From assembly GCA_947361355.1 (NCBI GenBank), contig CANAIR010000003.1, positions 1,467 to 65,466 on the forward strand: 64,000 nt of DNA. Direction: 5' to 3'. A program made the position numbers and the translations under genes. The notes under the pieces are model-generated. The model searched no databases. It had not been told where the DNA came from and saw nothing but the letters and a program-made list of their open reading frames with translations. This stretch comes from an uncultured Clostridium sp. (GTDB lineage: Bacteria > Bacillota > Clostridia > TANB77 > CAG-465). This document shows positions 48,858 through 61,385 of this stretch, piece after piece. How positions within the stretch are numbered: position 1 is the stretch's first letter; each line of letters opens with the position of its first letter.

Positions 48858-48914
48858 TTGCACAATATACTAAAATTTGATATAATATAACTATAAATCA
48901 AACTTTCGTTTGAT
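48858..48914 (+). promoter_or_regulatory. pcrA promoter plus palindromic AAAC-N4-GTTT site
   Basis: TTGCAC, 17-nt spacer, TATAAT (48881-86). The palindrome ATCAAAC-TTTC-GTTTGAT spans 48897-48914. Confidence 0.5.
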
Positions 48915-48956
48915 TTATGTATTGTAAGATAGTGAAAATAAAGGAGAGTAAAATAT

Positions 48957-51263
48957 ATGAGTGAATTATTAAATGGGTTAAATGATAGGCAAAGAGAAGC
49001 AGCAGAGTATATTGATGGACCACTTTTAATACTTGCAGGAGCTGGTAGTGGTAAAACCCGTGTGCTTACATATAAAATGGCATATTTATTAGAAGAAAAA
49101 ATAGTACGACCATGGGAAATACTTGCAATAACATTTACTAATAAAGCTGCCAAAGAAATGAAAGAAAGAGTAGAAAGTTTAATTGGAGAAAGTGGAAATG
49201 ATATATGGCTTGGAACTTTCCATTCAGTTTGTGTAAGAATATTAAAAAGAGAAATTGAGTTAATAGGATATTCTAGAGATTTTAATATATTTGATGAATT
49301 AGATAAAGAAAAGGTTATAAAAGAAGTAATAAAAAAGTTAAATGTTGATGATAAAAAATATCCTGTATCTTTAATAAAATATGAAATAAGTCAAGCAAAG
49401 GATAAAATGATAAACTATGAAAAATATAGCAAAGATGCAACAGGAGATTTTAGAAAAGAACAAATTGCAAAAATATATGAACTTTACCAAAAAACATTGA
49501 AGCAAAACAACGCAATAGATTTTGACGATATATTAATGCTTACTGTTCAAATTTTTATAGAAAATCCTGATAGACTTGTATATTATCAAAATAAGTTTAA
49601 ATATATTTTAGTAGATGAGTATCAAGACACAAATAAAGTTCAGTTTTTATTTATAAGTCTTCTTGCTGCAGCACATGGTCACATTTGTGTAGTTGGTGAT
49701 GAATCGCAAAGTATATATGGGTTTAGAGGAGCTGATATTTCTAATATTTTAAATTTTGAAAAAGAATATGAGACTGCAAAAATTGTTAAATTGGAGGAAA
49801 ATTATAGAAGTACTCAAAATATTTTAGATGCTGCAAATGAAGTAATAAAAAATAATAAATCAAAAATAGATAAAAATTTATGGACACAAAATAATAGTGG
49901 TGATAAAATATGCTATAAGACTTTACCAAATGAATATGAAGAAGTTGAGTTTATAGTAGAAAAAATTGATGATCTTTGCAGAAAAAATAAAATGAAATAT
50001 TCAGATTTTGCTTTACTTTTTAGAACTAATGCACAAGCTCGTGTTTTAGAAGAAGTATTTATGAGAAGTGGAACACCATATAGATTAATTGGTGGTCTTA
50101 AGTTTTATTCAAGAAAAGAAATAAAGGACTTAACATCATATTTAAAATTAGTACAAAATCAAGATGATAATATTGCTTTAAAAAGAATTATTAATGAACC
50201 AAAACGTGGAATAGGTGATACTGCTGTTGATAAATTAGATGCACTTGCATTAGAGAAAGGAATATCAATTTTTAAACTTATTCAAGATAGTAATAATATA
50301 ACTGGTATAAGAAGTGCAGGTAATATTATTATGTTTAGAGATATGATGAATGAAATTATATCTAAAAAAGATGAATTAAAAATTTCTGAATTAATGAAAA
50401 TGATATTAAAAAATTCTGGTTATGAGGCCATGCTAAATGAAGGTGATAAAAAAGAAAATGAAATGAGATTTGAAAATCTTATGGAATTTATTGGTGTTGC
50501 TATGGAATTTGAAAATGAACAAGTTGATGCAACTTTGGCAGACTTTTTAGATAGTATTGCACTTGTATCAGATGTTGATAAATTAGATGATGAGACTGAG
50601 GCTGTTACTCTAATGACAATGCACAGTGCAAAAGGTTTAGAGTTTGAAGTGGTATTTTTAGTTGGAATGGAAGATGGGTTGTTTCCGTCAAAAAGATCTA
50701 TTGAGGAAGATGAATCTGTTGAAGAAGAAAGAAGATTATGCTATGTTGGAATTACTAGAGCAAAACAAAAGCTTTATATAACTAATGCTTCTAAAAGGAC
50801 TATGTATGGTTCTACATCATATACTATACCATCAAGATTTATTGATGAAATACCAGAAAAATTATTTGATGATGAAGGAGTAGAAAATATTTCTTTGAGA
50901 AAAAGAAAATCTGAGAAGTTTATTGATCCAGAATATTCGCAAGCTGAGGGAATCATATCAAGGGGAGTAGGAAGCCTTGATTCAGTTTCGAAATATAACA
51001 AGGCAAAATTTGGATTAAGTGTAGATAATTTCTTAAAGAATATATCAGGTGTTTCATCTAATGCTAAATCTTCTACTATAATGAAAGATAATAGCAATAT
51101 TAATTATGCAGTAGGAATGACAGTAAAACATAAAAAGTTTGGAACTGGCATTGTTCAAAAGGTTGAGTCTGAGGGCGAAGATTATAAATTAGATATTATG
51201 TTTGATAAATTTGGATTTAAAAGGCTTATGGCAAATTTTACTCCACTTGAAATTTTAGATTAG
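48957..51263 (+). CDS. pcrA: ATP-dependent DNA helicase PcrA (UvrD family)
   Basis: LNDRQREAAEYIDGPLLILAGAGSGKTRVLT, VDEYQDTN, YRSTQNIL and MTMHSAKGLEF. Confidence 0.95.
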   Translation: MSELLNGLNDRQREAAEYIDGPLLILAGAGSGKTRVLTYKMAYLLEEKIVRPWEILAITFTNKAAKEMKERVESLIGESGNDIWLGTFHSVCVRILKREIELIGYSRDFNIFDELDKEKVIKEVIKKLNVDDKKYPVSLIKYEISQAKDKMINYEKYSKDATGDFRKEQIAKIYELYQKTLKQNNAIDFDDILMLTVQIFIENPDRLVYYQNKFKYILVDEYQDTNKVQFLFISLLAAAHGHICVVGDESQSIYGFRGADISNILNFEKEYETAKIVKLEENYRSTQNILDAANEVIKNNKSKIDKNLWTQNNSGDKICYKTLPNEYEEVEFIVEKIDDLCRKNKMKYSDFALLFRTNAQARVLEEVFMRSGTPYRLIGGLKFYSRKEIKDLTSYLKLVQNQDDNIALKRIINEPKRGIGDTAVDKLDALALEKGISIFKLIQDSNNITGIRSAGNIIMFRDMMNEIISKKDELKISELMKMILKNSGYEAMLNEGDKKENEMRFENLMEFIGVAMEFENEQVDATLADFLDSIALVSDVDKLDDETEAVTLMTMHSAKGLEFEVVFLVGMEDGLFPSKRSIEEDESVEEERRLCYVGITRAKQKLYITNASKRTMYGSTSYTIPSRFIDEIPEKLFDDEGVENISLRKRKSEKFIDPEYSQAEGIISRGVGSLDSVSKYNKAKFGLSVDNFLKNISGVSSNAKSSTIMKDNSNINYAVGMTVKHKKFGTGIVQKVESEGEDYKLDIMFDKFGFKRLMANFTPLEILD

Positions 51264-51277
51264 TATGGAGGATTAAT

Positions 51278-51679
51278 ATGGAGGTAAATGGAAAAGAAAA
51301 AATCATACCTGAAATTATATTAGAAGTTGGTTTTGATTTTAGTTTTGATGAAGAGAAAATATGGAAATTAGATTATCCAATAGAACAAGTTGATATTTCT
51401 GTTTTAGAGTGGCATTTTAATATACCTTTTTGGAATTTTGAAGATGAAATATACAATTTGAAACCAATTGATGTTATTAATGATAATATAAAGTATAATA
51501 GAGAATATAAAAGAATATTAAATTCTGATTTGACATTTCCAATAGATATAATGGAAAATAAAGGAAGATATGTTGTATTAGATGGACTTCATAGACTAGT
51601 TAAATATAAGTTATTTGGAATAGACAAAGTAAAAGTTAGAATTATTCCAAGAAGTGAAATTAAAAACATATCTAAGTAA
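51278..51679 (+). CDS. hypothetical protein with a ParB/Srx-like DGxHR motif
   Basis: FPIDIMENKGRYVVLDGLHRLVKYKLFGIDKVKVRIIP resembles the ParB N-terminal (nuclease-like) core. It starts 14 nt after the pcrA stop. Confidence 0.4.
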   Translation: MEVNGKEKIIPEIILEVGFDFSFDEEKIWKLDYPIEQVDISVLEWHFNIPFWNFEDEIYNLKPIDVINDNIKYNREYKRILNSDLTFPIDIMENKGRYVVLDGLHRLVKYKLFGIDKVKVRIIPRSEIKNISK

Positions 51680-51690
51680 AAAAATATATA

Positions 51691-51729
51691 AAAGAGTACA
51701 AAATATATTTATTAAGTACTCTTTTAATT
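51691..51729 (+). terminator. intrinsic terminator
   Basis: AAAGAGTAC / GTACTCTTT stem followed by a T-rich tail. Confidence 0.7.
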
Positions 51730-51877
51730 TTTATTTATAAAAATTATATTACAAGAATATTACAAAAGCATAAAAATAATATGAAATTTAATGGTAAATT
51801 ACTACTTTTTTTTAAAACTAGTTCACAAATTAAAAAATATATAGTATAATTACCTTTATAGAGGTGGTTATCTTAAA

Positions 51878-53551
51878 ATGGATAAAGTATGTAAAATAAT
51901 TGTCGTAGCAATACTATTAGTTATAGTGTTAGTTATGTTTTTTTATACAGATGTTAATGTAGCTAAAGCTAACAAACAAGAAGCAAATTTAGTAGTATTT
52001 GGTGATAATATAACACCTGAAAATAAACCGTTTGTAGAAGGAAATGGAATATATTTACCAATAGATATAGTTGAAAAATTTTTAGATGAATATATTTTTT
52101 ATGATAAAATTGCAACAAAAGTTATTATTACTACTGAAAAAGAAGTATACAAGTTAAAATTAAATGAGAATAAAATGACTAGAAATTTTGAGGATGTAAG
52201 TATAGAAAATCCAGCTAAAAATGAGAATGGACAAGCATATATTGATATAAATCTATTTAAGGATATATATAACGTAAAAGTTGAATATAATGAAAATACA
52301 TCTACAATTTCAATAGATAAAAAGGAAGAGTCAGACTTACCAGTAAAATATAATAATGTAAAAGTATATGATGATATATCAACAAAATCTAATGTTATAA
52401 GTACATTGGGAAAGAAAAATACTGTTAGTGTGTATACTGAAAGTTTGAAACATAATAGATGGTATAAAATAAAAACAGATGATGGTACTATAGGATATAT
52501 TTCAAAAAATAACGTTGATGTAAATACTAAACCAGATGATAGTGAAAAAAATAATGCTAATGAAAATAATCAAACATCACAAAATACATCTGTTGGTAGT
52601 ATAGATTCATCAGATGAAAAAATTATTATGTTTTGGCAATATGGAAGTAATTTAAAAACTTTAGGTGAAAAAATTGATGGAGTAAATGTAGTATCACCTA
52701 CTTGGTACGAATTAAAAAATTCATCTGGAGAAATTAATTCTAAATTTAGTAGTGAATATTATAAAAAAGCCAAATCTAATGGATATAAAATATGGCCTAT
52801 TGTAACAAATGGAATTGATTCAGCAAATTATATGCCAGCTGATACGTCATCAATGCTAAATAGTGAGCAAAATAGAGAGCAATTCATTAAGAATATGTTA
52901 AAAATTGCAAAAGAGAATAATTTAGATGGAATAAACATTGATTTTGAATCAATGAAAGAAGAAGATAAGTTAGTATATACTCAATTTATTAGAGAACTTG
53001 CACCAATATTTAGAAATGAAGGTATAAAGGTTTCAGTAGATATGTATTTTGTAAATTATATAGATAGAAAAGGAATAGGGGCAGCAAGTGATTATGTCAT
53101 ATTGATGGGTTATGATCAAAGAGGTGGATGGTCATCAGAGTCTGGCTCGATTTCAGAAATATCTTGGGTTGAAAAAAATATTGAGTCTTTAATAAATTCT
53201 TCTAACATACCAGCTGAAAAAATTATACTAGGTGTTCCATTTTATACAAGACTTTGGACAGAAAAGGCAGGCTCAAACAAACCTACAACAAAAGTTTATG
53301 ATATGAATGATTGTCAAGATTTCTTAAAGACAAATAAATTAACAGCTAGTCTTGATGAAAAATCAGGGCAAAATTATGCTGAATATACAAAAGGTTCTGT
53401 TACATACAAACTATGGTTAGAAGATGTGGATTCAATGAAAAAAAGAGTAGAAATAGTAAATAAATATAATTTACATGGAATATCTGGATGGCAAAAGGGA
53501 CTTGAGACAGATAATGTTTGGAAAGCAATTAATGATACAATAAAAAAGTAA
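51878..53551 (+). CDS. GH18 glycoside hydrolase with N-terminal stalk and SH3-like domains (YaaH/SleL-like spore peptidoglycan hydrolase)
   Basis: LDGINIDFESM is the GH18 catalytic block. An SH3b-like segment (VKVYDDISTKSNVISTL..WYKIKTDDGTIGYI) and an N-terminal TM segment are present. Confidence 0.75.
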   Translation: MDKVCKIIVVAILLVIVLVMFFYTDVNVAKANKQEANLVVFGDNITPENKPFVEGNGIYLPIDIVEKFLDEYIFYDKIATKVIITTEKEVYKLKLNENKMTRNFEDVSIENPAKNENGQAYIDINLFKDIYNVKVEYNENTSTISIDKKEESDLPVKYNNVKVYDDISTKSNVISTLGKKNTVSVYTESLKHNRWYKIKTDDGTIGYISKNNVDVNTKPDDSEKNNANENNQTSQNTSVGSIDSSDEKIIMFWQYGSNLKTLGEKIDGVNVVSPTWYELKNSSGEINSKFSSEYYKKAKSNGYKIWPIVTNGIDSANYMPADTSSMLNSEQNREQFIKNMLKIAKENNLDGINIDFESMKEEDKLVYTQFIRELAPIFRNEGIKVSVDMYFVNYIDRKGIGAASDYVILMGYDQRGGWSSESGSISEISWVEKNIESLINSSNIPAEKIILGVPFYTRLWTEKAGSNKPTTKVYDMNDCQDFLKTNKLTASLDEKSGQNYAEYTKGSVTYKLWLEDVDSMKKRVEIVNKYNLHGISGWQKGLETDNVWKAINDTIKK

Positions 53552-53580
53552 TAATTTAAATTATATATTAAAAAATAAAA

Positions 53581-53612
53581 ATAGCTGATTTATATTAACT
53601 CAGCTATTTTTT
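53581..53612. terminator. bidirectional terminator
   Basis: ATAGCTGA / TCAGCTAT stem followed by T6. Confidence 0.65.
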
Positions 53613-53969
53613 ATTTAATTTTAAACAATATATTATAATTATAATTGCTACAATAACACTTAAAAAATCCATATAAATCATAGATATTATAGCTATAATT
53701 AAAGATACAATTATACCAATGATTGTTGAAATTTTATCAAATTTTACTAAAGAAATCAAAAATAATATAAGCATTACAATAAAAGTTACTTTAAAACATA
53801 TTGCTAGTCTTGTAGCTTTAGTTATAATTTGATATATTAATCCTAATGTATAAATTAGTATCATAACCAATGAAATAAGTAATAAATTTTTTTTACATTT
53901 ATCTTTCAAGATATTACCTCCAAAAATTACTTTCATTAAAATATTAGCATAATTTATAAATTTTTTCAA
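53604..53969 (-). CDS. hypothetical membrane protein (121 aa)
   Basis: Three to four hydrophobic helices. Confidence 0.5.
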   Translation of the reverse strand: MKKFINYANILMKVIFGGNILKDKCKKNLLLISLVMILIYTLGLIYQIITKATRLAICFKVTFIVMLILFLISLVKFDKISTIIGIIVSLIIAIISMIYMDFLSVIVAIIIIIYCLKLNKK

Positions 53970-54092
53970 TAAATTTTAACAATTTTATAAATTAATTGAT
54001 TACTTCTGTTGTTGACATAATATAAAAACTATGATATAATTTTATCGAAAAAAATATGTTTTTAATATAATTATTGAAAGGAGAGTAATAAC

Positions 54093-54425
54093 ATGTCGTC
54101 AAAAGAAATATCTTATGCTAAAATTAAAGAGTTACGAGATAGTAATTTAGAATTAAACTTATTATTGTGTGAAATTGAAAGAAAAACTGAAGCATTTATA
54201 GAAATGAAAAATTCAGCTCGCTCATATAATCCTAAGGGGAGCAACGCATATAAGGTAAATTTTAAAGTAAATGCCGTTAAGATGACAGCGGATGAAGAAA
54301 AAAGTATTTTAAAATATTTGTATTATAAGTATATTGAAAAGGTAAGAGGGGATTCCTTTGTAATGAAAAAATGCTTGCTAGCTAAAAAGTATAAAATTAT
54401 GACTGTTGAACATGAATGGATGTAA
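54093..54425 (+). CDS. hypothetical protein (110 aa)
   Basis: AAGGAG SD. No motif recognised. Confidence 0.5.
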   Translation: MSSKEISYAKIKELRDSNLELNLLLCEIERKTEAFIEMKNSARSYNPKGSNAYKVNFKVNAVKMTADEEKSILKYLYYKYIEKVRGDSFVMKKCLLAKKYKIMTVEHEWM

Positions 54426-54433
54426 AGATAAAA

Positions 54434-54466
54434 ATAAGAACTCAAAATAAAATGAGTTCTTATTTT

Positions 54467-54468
<2 letters not shown>
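54434..54468. terminator. bidirectional terminator between convergent genes
   Basis: ATAAGAACTCA / TGAGTTCTTAT stem followed by T6. Confidence 0.8.
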
Positions 54469-57037
<2,569 letters not shown>

Positions 57038-57060
57038 AGTAAATTAAATAAATTTTGCGT

Positions 57061-57089
57061 TTGACAATATTATAAAATTCATATATAAT
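57061..57089 (+). promoter_or_regulatory. pth promoter
   Basis: TTGACA, 17-nt spacer, TATAAT. Confidence 0.6.
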
Positions 57090-57155
57090 AATACTATAAA
57101 AATGGCAAAATATCAAGATATTTTAGAAAAAATATACTAAGAAGGGAAAAAAAAT

Positions 57156-57692
57156 ATGAAAATAATAATAGGACTTGGAAATATAGGTAAGGAATATGAA
57201 AATACTAGACATAATGTTGGATGGATGTTTTTGGACTATATAGAAAAAAAATTAAATTTTAAAATAGAGGAAAAAAATAAAAAATTGGATAGTTATATAT
57301 CACAAATATATATAAATAATGAAAAAGTAGTTTTTGCAAAACCTACTACATATATGAATTTAAGTGGCCATGCAGTTGAAAAGATAAAAAAATGGTATAA
57401 GGTAGATAATGAAGATATATTAATAGTATTTGATGACATTGATATACCATTTGGTCAAATAAGATTTAAACTAAGTGGTAGTGGTGGAACTCATAATGGA
57501 ATGAAAAATGTAGTTCAGATGTTAAATTCTAAAGATATACCAAGAATTAAAATAGGAATTGGTGGAATAAAGCATGAAAAACAAGATTTAGTTGATTTTG
57601 TTTTAGAAAAGTTCTCAAAAAAACAGATAGGTGAGTTAGATACTGTATTTGATGAAGCTTATGAAAAATTGATAAATTTTCTTGACAATTAG
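57156..57692 (+). CDS. pth: peptidyl-tRNA hydrolase
   Basis: IIGLGNIGKEYENTRHNVGWMFLD...KPTTYMNLSG...THNGMKN. Confidence 0.93.
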   Translation: MKIIIGLGNIGKEYENTRHNVGWMFLDYIEKKLNFKIEEKNKKLDSYISQIYINNEKVVFAKPTTYMNLSGHAVEKIKKWYKVDNEDILIVFDDIDIPFGQIRFKLSGSGGTHNGMKNVVQMLNSKDIPRIKIGIGGIKHEKQDLVDFVLEKFSKKQIGELDTVFDEAYEKLINFLDN

Positions 57693-57710
57693 TATAAAAA
57701 ATGTTAAAAT
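57682..57710 (+). promoter_or_regulatory. rplU-rpmA promoter (overlaps the pth 3' end)
   Basis: TTGACA, 17-nt spacer, TAAAAT. Confidence 0.55.
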
Positions 57711-57796
57711 ATATAAGAATTCCGCTCACTAAAGGTTTAAATGTGAATGACACTACCTCATGTGGCGAGAGAAAGTTAGTTTAAGGAGGAGTTTAA

Positions 57797-58156
57797 ATGT
57801 ACGCAATAGTTGAAATTAGTGGAAAACAGTATAAGGTACAAGAAGGTGACATTGTTTTTGTTGACAGATTAGAAAATGAAGAAGAAGGAAATAAAGTTAC
57901 ATTTGACAAAGTTTTAATGATATCTGATGACAAAAAAGTTACTGTTGGTCAAGATACTGTTAAAGGTGCTAAAGTTGAAGCATCTGTAATTGGACATGGT
58001 AAGTCTAAAAAAATTATAGTTTACAAATATAAGGCTAAGAAAAACTATAGAAGAACAAGAGGACATAGACAACCATATACTAAAATACAAATTGAAAAAA
58101 TATCAGCTACAACAAAAGCTAAAAAAGCAACAGCTGAAACTAAAGAAGCAAAATAA
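57797..58156 (+). CDS. rplU: 50S ribosomal protein L21
   Basis: [25 protein letters not shown]...[23 protein letters not shown]. Confidence 0.95.
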   Translation: MYAIVEISGKQYKVQEGDIVFVDRLENEEEGNKVTFDKVLMISDDKKVTVGQDTVKGAKVEASVIGHGKSKKIIVYKYKAKKNYRRTRGHRQPYTKIQIEKISATTKAKKATAETKEAK

Positions 58157-58201
58157 GCTTAGTAGTAAACGAAAAAATTGATTATGAAGGAGTGAATTTA
58201 A

Positions 58202-58465
58202 GTGGCACATAAAAAAGGTATGGGTTCTACAAGGAATGGTAGAGATAGTGAATCTAAAAGACTTGGAGCCAAAAGAGCAGATGGACAATTTGTTTTAGCA
58301 GGAAATATTTTATATAGACAAAGAGGAACAAAAATACATCCTGGTATAAATGTTGGATGTGGTAAAGATTACACTTTATATGCGTTAATTGATGGTGTAG
58401 TTAAATTTGAAAGAAAAGGTAGATCTGACAAAAAAGTTAGTGTATATCCTGTAGTTGAAGAATAA
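58202..58465 (+). CDS. rpmA: 50S ribosomal protein L27 (no N-terminal propeptide)
   Basis: GTG start. [25 protein letters not shown]... An in-frame TAA lies immediately upstream of the start. Confidence 0.93.
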   Translation: MAHKKGMGSTRNGRDSESKRLGAKRADGQFVLAGNILYRQRGTKIHPGINVGCGKDYTLYALIDGVVKFERKGRSDKKVSVYPVVEE

Positions 58466-58470
58466 TAAAA

Positions 58471-58505
58471 ATATCCACTGGTATTTATACCAGTGGATAT
58501 TTTTT
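58471..58505. terminator. bidirectional terminator
   Basis: ATATCCACTGG / CCAGTGGATAT stem followed by T5. Confidence 0.8.
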
Positions 58506-59957
58506 AATAAAACCATATGCTCCAATTCTATATATTTCTTTAGAATTCAAAACAATTACATTCTTTGCATTTGTATTTTGTTTTGCAACCTTTGCATACT
58601 CATTTTTGCAATGTGCATTACCATGATTAATAAATAAACAATTTATTTTATTAAATTTGTTTAAAAATTCAAGTAGCTCATCTTGTTTTGCATGAGATGA
58701 CGTTTCATTTGTAAATTTAACATCAGCTTTTTTTATTATAATTTGTTCATTTTGTGTTGTATAATTTTCACCAAACGAAATTTCTTGTAACATACGCCCT
58801 AAAGTACCTTCGGCCATATAACCTAAAAATTGTATTAATACATCGCTTCTTGAAAGCCATTTGGTTATATATTCATAAGAAGGCCCAAAACTTCCCATAC
58901 CAGAACTTGATATAACGATTTTTGGATCAGTAGAATTTATAACTTTCTCTCTTGTAGCAACTTTTAATTTTTTATTTTTCTTTTTTTGAAGAAATTTTTT
59001 ACTCTTTTTGCTGAATTCTTCAATATTTGTTACTACTTTATATGCTTTATATGGTGTATAATTTTTTGAATTAGGCTTAAAAAGATTTTTAATCTTTTCT
59101 AGTTTTTCGTTATATTCATGAGGCATTACACCATCCAGATAAACTTTATATCTTTTAGGAATAATATGCTCATCTTGTAAACATTTAACAAAATATTCAG
59201 CTTCTTGATATCTACCAATTGAAAATGCAGGAAATAATATACTTTTGTTTTCACGTATAGCTTGTTTAACATTATTTAATAAAGTATATTCAATTTCACT
59301 TGTTTTTGTTGCACCATAGGTTGCCTCTTGTGTGATAGAAACAGGTGAATTTAAAATAAATTTTGGTATCTCTGGAACTTCAAAAAAAACGTTTCTGCTT
59401 GAATAGTCACCAGAAAAAATAACATTAATATCTTTTTCGTTTTTATAAGAAAAATTCATATATATACATGAAGCACCGAAAAGATGACCATTACCCAAGA
59501 ACATAATTGATATGTTTTCGCTTAATTTTATAAGTGTATTATATTCATAACCACATGTATTTTTATATGTTATGTCTAAATCTTTTTTGTTATATATTGG
59601 ATTATATTCTTTTTTTGAATTGTTTAGTATTTCACAGGTATTATCTAAAGAGACTGATAATAATCTTTTAGAAATATTTGTAGTATAAATTTTGTTTTTA
59701 TATCCATTTTTATATAACATTGGAATGCGTCCACAATGATCTGTATGAATATGTGTTAAAAATACATAAGATAGTTCCTTTGGATCAAAACATAATAGGT
59801 TATTTCTATAAATATAATCTTTTTCTTGAAATTGTCCAAAATCTACTAAAAATTTTATTTCTTTATCTGGTAGCCGCAAAGTACAATAAATACCAGATCC
59901 TGTTACCTCGTCGTGCATTACTTCATAGTCAAGATACATATTTGCTTTTTGTCCCAT
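58485..59957 (-). CDS. MBL-fold beta-CASP family hydrolase (RNA-metabolising type)
   Basis: LTHIHTDHCGRIP is the HxHxDH motif. Later His and Asp motifs and the overall layout resemble CPSF-like beta-CASP nucleases. Confidence 0.7.
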   Translation of the reverse strand: MGQKANMYLDYEVMHDEVTGSGIYCTLRLPDKEIKFLVDFGQFQEKDYIYRNNLLCFDPKELSYVFLTHIHTDHCGRIPMLYKNGYKNKIYTTNISKRLLSVSLDNTCEILNNSKKEYNPIYNKKDLDITYKNTCGYEYNTLIKLSENISIMFLGNGHLFGASCIYMNFSYKNEKDINVIFSGDYSSRNVFFEVPEIPKFILNSPVSITQEATYGATKTSEIEYTLLNNVKQAIRENKSILFPAFSIGRYQEAEYFVKCLQDEHIIPKRYKVYLDGVMPHEYNEKLEKIKNLFKPNSKNYTPYKAYKVVTNIEEFSKKSKKFLQKKKNKKLKVATREKVINSTDPKIVISSSGMGSFGPSYEYITKWLSRSDVLIQFLGYMAEGTLGRMLQEISFGENYTTQNEQIIIKKADVKFTNETSSHAKQDELLEFLNKFNKINCLFINHGNAHCKNEYAKVAKQNTNAKNVIVLNSKEIYRIGAYGFIKKYPLV

Positions 59958-60078
59958 TTATTCTCCTCCTTGAATTTAAAACATAATTATATTTTAATTC
60001 TAAACTAATTTATTAAATTATATAATACGATTCATTATTTTGTCAAATAAATATAGAAAAAATCTTTAAAATATAACA

Positions 60079-60118
60079 AAAAACAGTGTATAAAAATTTT
60101 AATACACTGTTTTTTATA
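60079..60118. terminator. bidirectional terminator
   Basis: AAAACAGTGTAT / ATACACTGTTTT 12-bp stem. Confidence 0.8.
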
Positions 60119-60176
60119 TAACTATAATAACAAAAACTAAAATAATTGAAATTGAAATAAAATTTTTAGGCATTAT

Positions 60177-60686
60177 TTATTTTATCTTTTTACCAAAAAA
60201 ACTACAAAATCTTATGTTTACAATTGAGTCTAAAGAATTAGTATCAATTGTGTTAATAAGTAAGTTAATTATTTGTTTATGTTCCTCTAAAGAACAATCA
60301 TTTCTAAGCAAATGCAAATAAACACTATTTTTTAGATGCTTTTTTGCAATTACTTTTTTATTTACAACGTTTTCGATTTTTGCTTTAAGTTCTGCAGCTG
60401 TTTCCTCAAAAATTGATGATTGGTCGATTTCTGCATAAATTAGTGGAATTTCGTTTAAGTTTCTTGGCATTTGATAAGTATCAAGCCAGCAAACTTTTTT
60501 TGCATTGTTAGTATCAAGAAAATCGCATCCTGTTATTATTGCGTCTTGATAAAAACATTCTTGAACATAAAGTACTTGGTAATCTAAATAGTAGCTTTTA
60601 AATACTTTACATTTTAAAGTGTTTTCTAAATGTTTCCGCAAAGGTTCAATTAAATTTAAATCTTCAAATCTAAAACAACCAATCAT
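60177..60686 (-). CDS. hypothetical protein (169 aa)
   Basis: AGGAGG SD. No motif recognised. Confidence 0.5.
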   Translation of the reverse strand: MIGCFRFEDLNLIEPLRKHLENTLKCKVFKSYYLDYQVLYVQECFYQDAIITGCDFLDTNNAKKVCWLDTYQMPRNLNEIPLIYAEIDQSSIFEETAAELKAKIENVVNKKVIAKKHLKNSVYLHLLRNDCSLEEHKQIINLLINTIDTNSLDSIVNIRFCSFFGKKIK

Positions 60687-60991
60687 GATATACCTCCTTT
60701 TTATAATTTAAAAATGATAACAACATAACTATAATTATATTATATCATTTTATATAAATTATGTCAATTAAATCAACAGATATACAATAATAATTGTGTA
60801 TTTAATTTTATAGAAATTTAAATTAGATTTTAATTTAGTAGAAGTAGTTATAATTATTATCTAATATATTTTATAATGATTTTACTATAAATATCAATAT
60901 TAGTTTTACAGTATAATAATGCTTGATGTATTGGTATAAAAATGTTATAATAAAAACACCTACTCTTAGGGAGAGAGGAGGTGCTTATTTA

Positions 60992-61066
60992 ATGGCTGAA
61001 CTAATTGTTGTACTATTTCTTATGTTGTTGATTACAATAGAATCAAATCGTAGAAATAGTAAATAG
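60992..61066 (+). CDS. 24-aa hydrophobic peptide, putative type I toxin (module A)
   Basis: MAELIVVLFLMLLITIESNRRNSK. GGAGG SD 11 nt upstream, pairable with the 5' CACCTACTCT (9 of 10 bp). Confidence 0.5.
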   Translation: MAELIVVLFLMLLITIESNRRNSK

Positions 61067-61134
61067 CTAAAATAGTAGTTAGTATGTTCTAGTGCTAACT
61101 ACTATTATTTTATGTAAAAAATATTTATATATAC

Positions 61135-61206
61135 AAAAAAGGAAGATAGTTCTAGATATCTTCCTACTTATTTAACTTTGAACTAATTATTGCAACATAT
61201 TGTTGT
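61135..61206 (-). ncRNA. predicted convergent antitoxin-like sRNA (module A)
   Basis: Runs from the consensus minus-strand promoter to the hairpin GGAAGATA/TATCTTCC (61141-64) followed by T6. It carries the complements of CTTATTTAA and GAACTAATT from the toxin translation initiation region. Confidence 0.5.
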
Positions 61207-61385
61207 ATTTATATTATAACATTTTTGGTTATAATTGTCAAATTTTTTTACTATAAAAAATATAACAATGATTAATTTATATACATATAAATAGTATTCT
61301 TATTAGTATAATTATACTTGATATACAAGTATAAAAATGTTATAATAAAAACACCTACTCTTTAGGTAGAAAGAGAGGTGTACTC

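Larger units (their letters stand above)
60885..61241. repeat. type I TA-like module A (toxin promoter, ORF, two terminators, convergent sRNA promoter)
   Basis: On the + strand: TTGATG (60923-28), 17-nt spacer, TATAAT (60946-51). On the - strand: TTGACA (61236-41), 17-nt spacer, TATAAT (61213-18). The layout is shared with modules B-E. Confidence 0.7.

Noticed and set aside
57711-57796. L21-leader ribosomal autoregulatory RNA upstream of rplU
   Set aside because: The position is right, but I could only draw an imperfect stem (TTCCGCTCAC / GTGGCGAGAGAA). Without a covariance-model search I cannot support the call.
58455-58637. 60-aa + strand ORF after rpmA
   Set aside because: It starts inside the rpmA stop and terminator region and overlaps the 3' end of the beta-CASP gene on the other strand.
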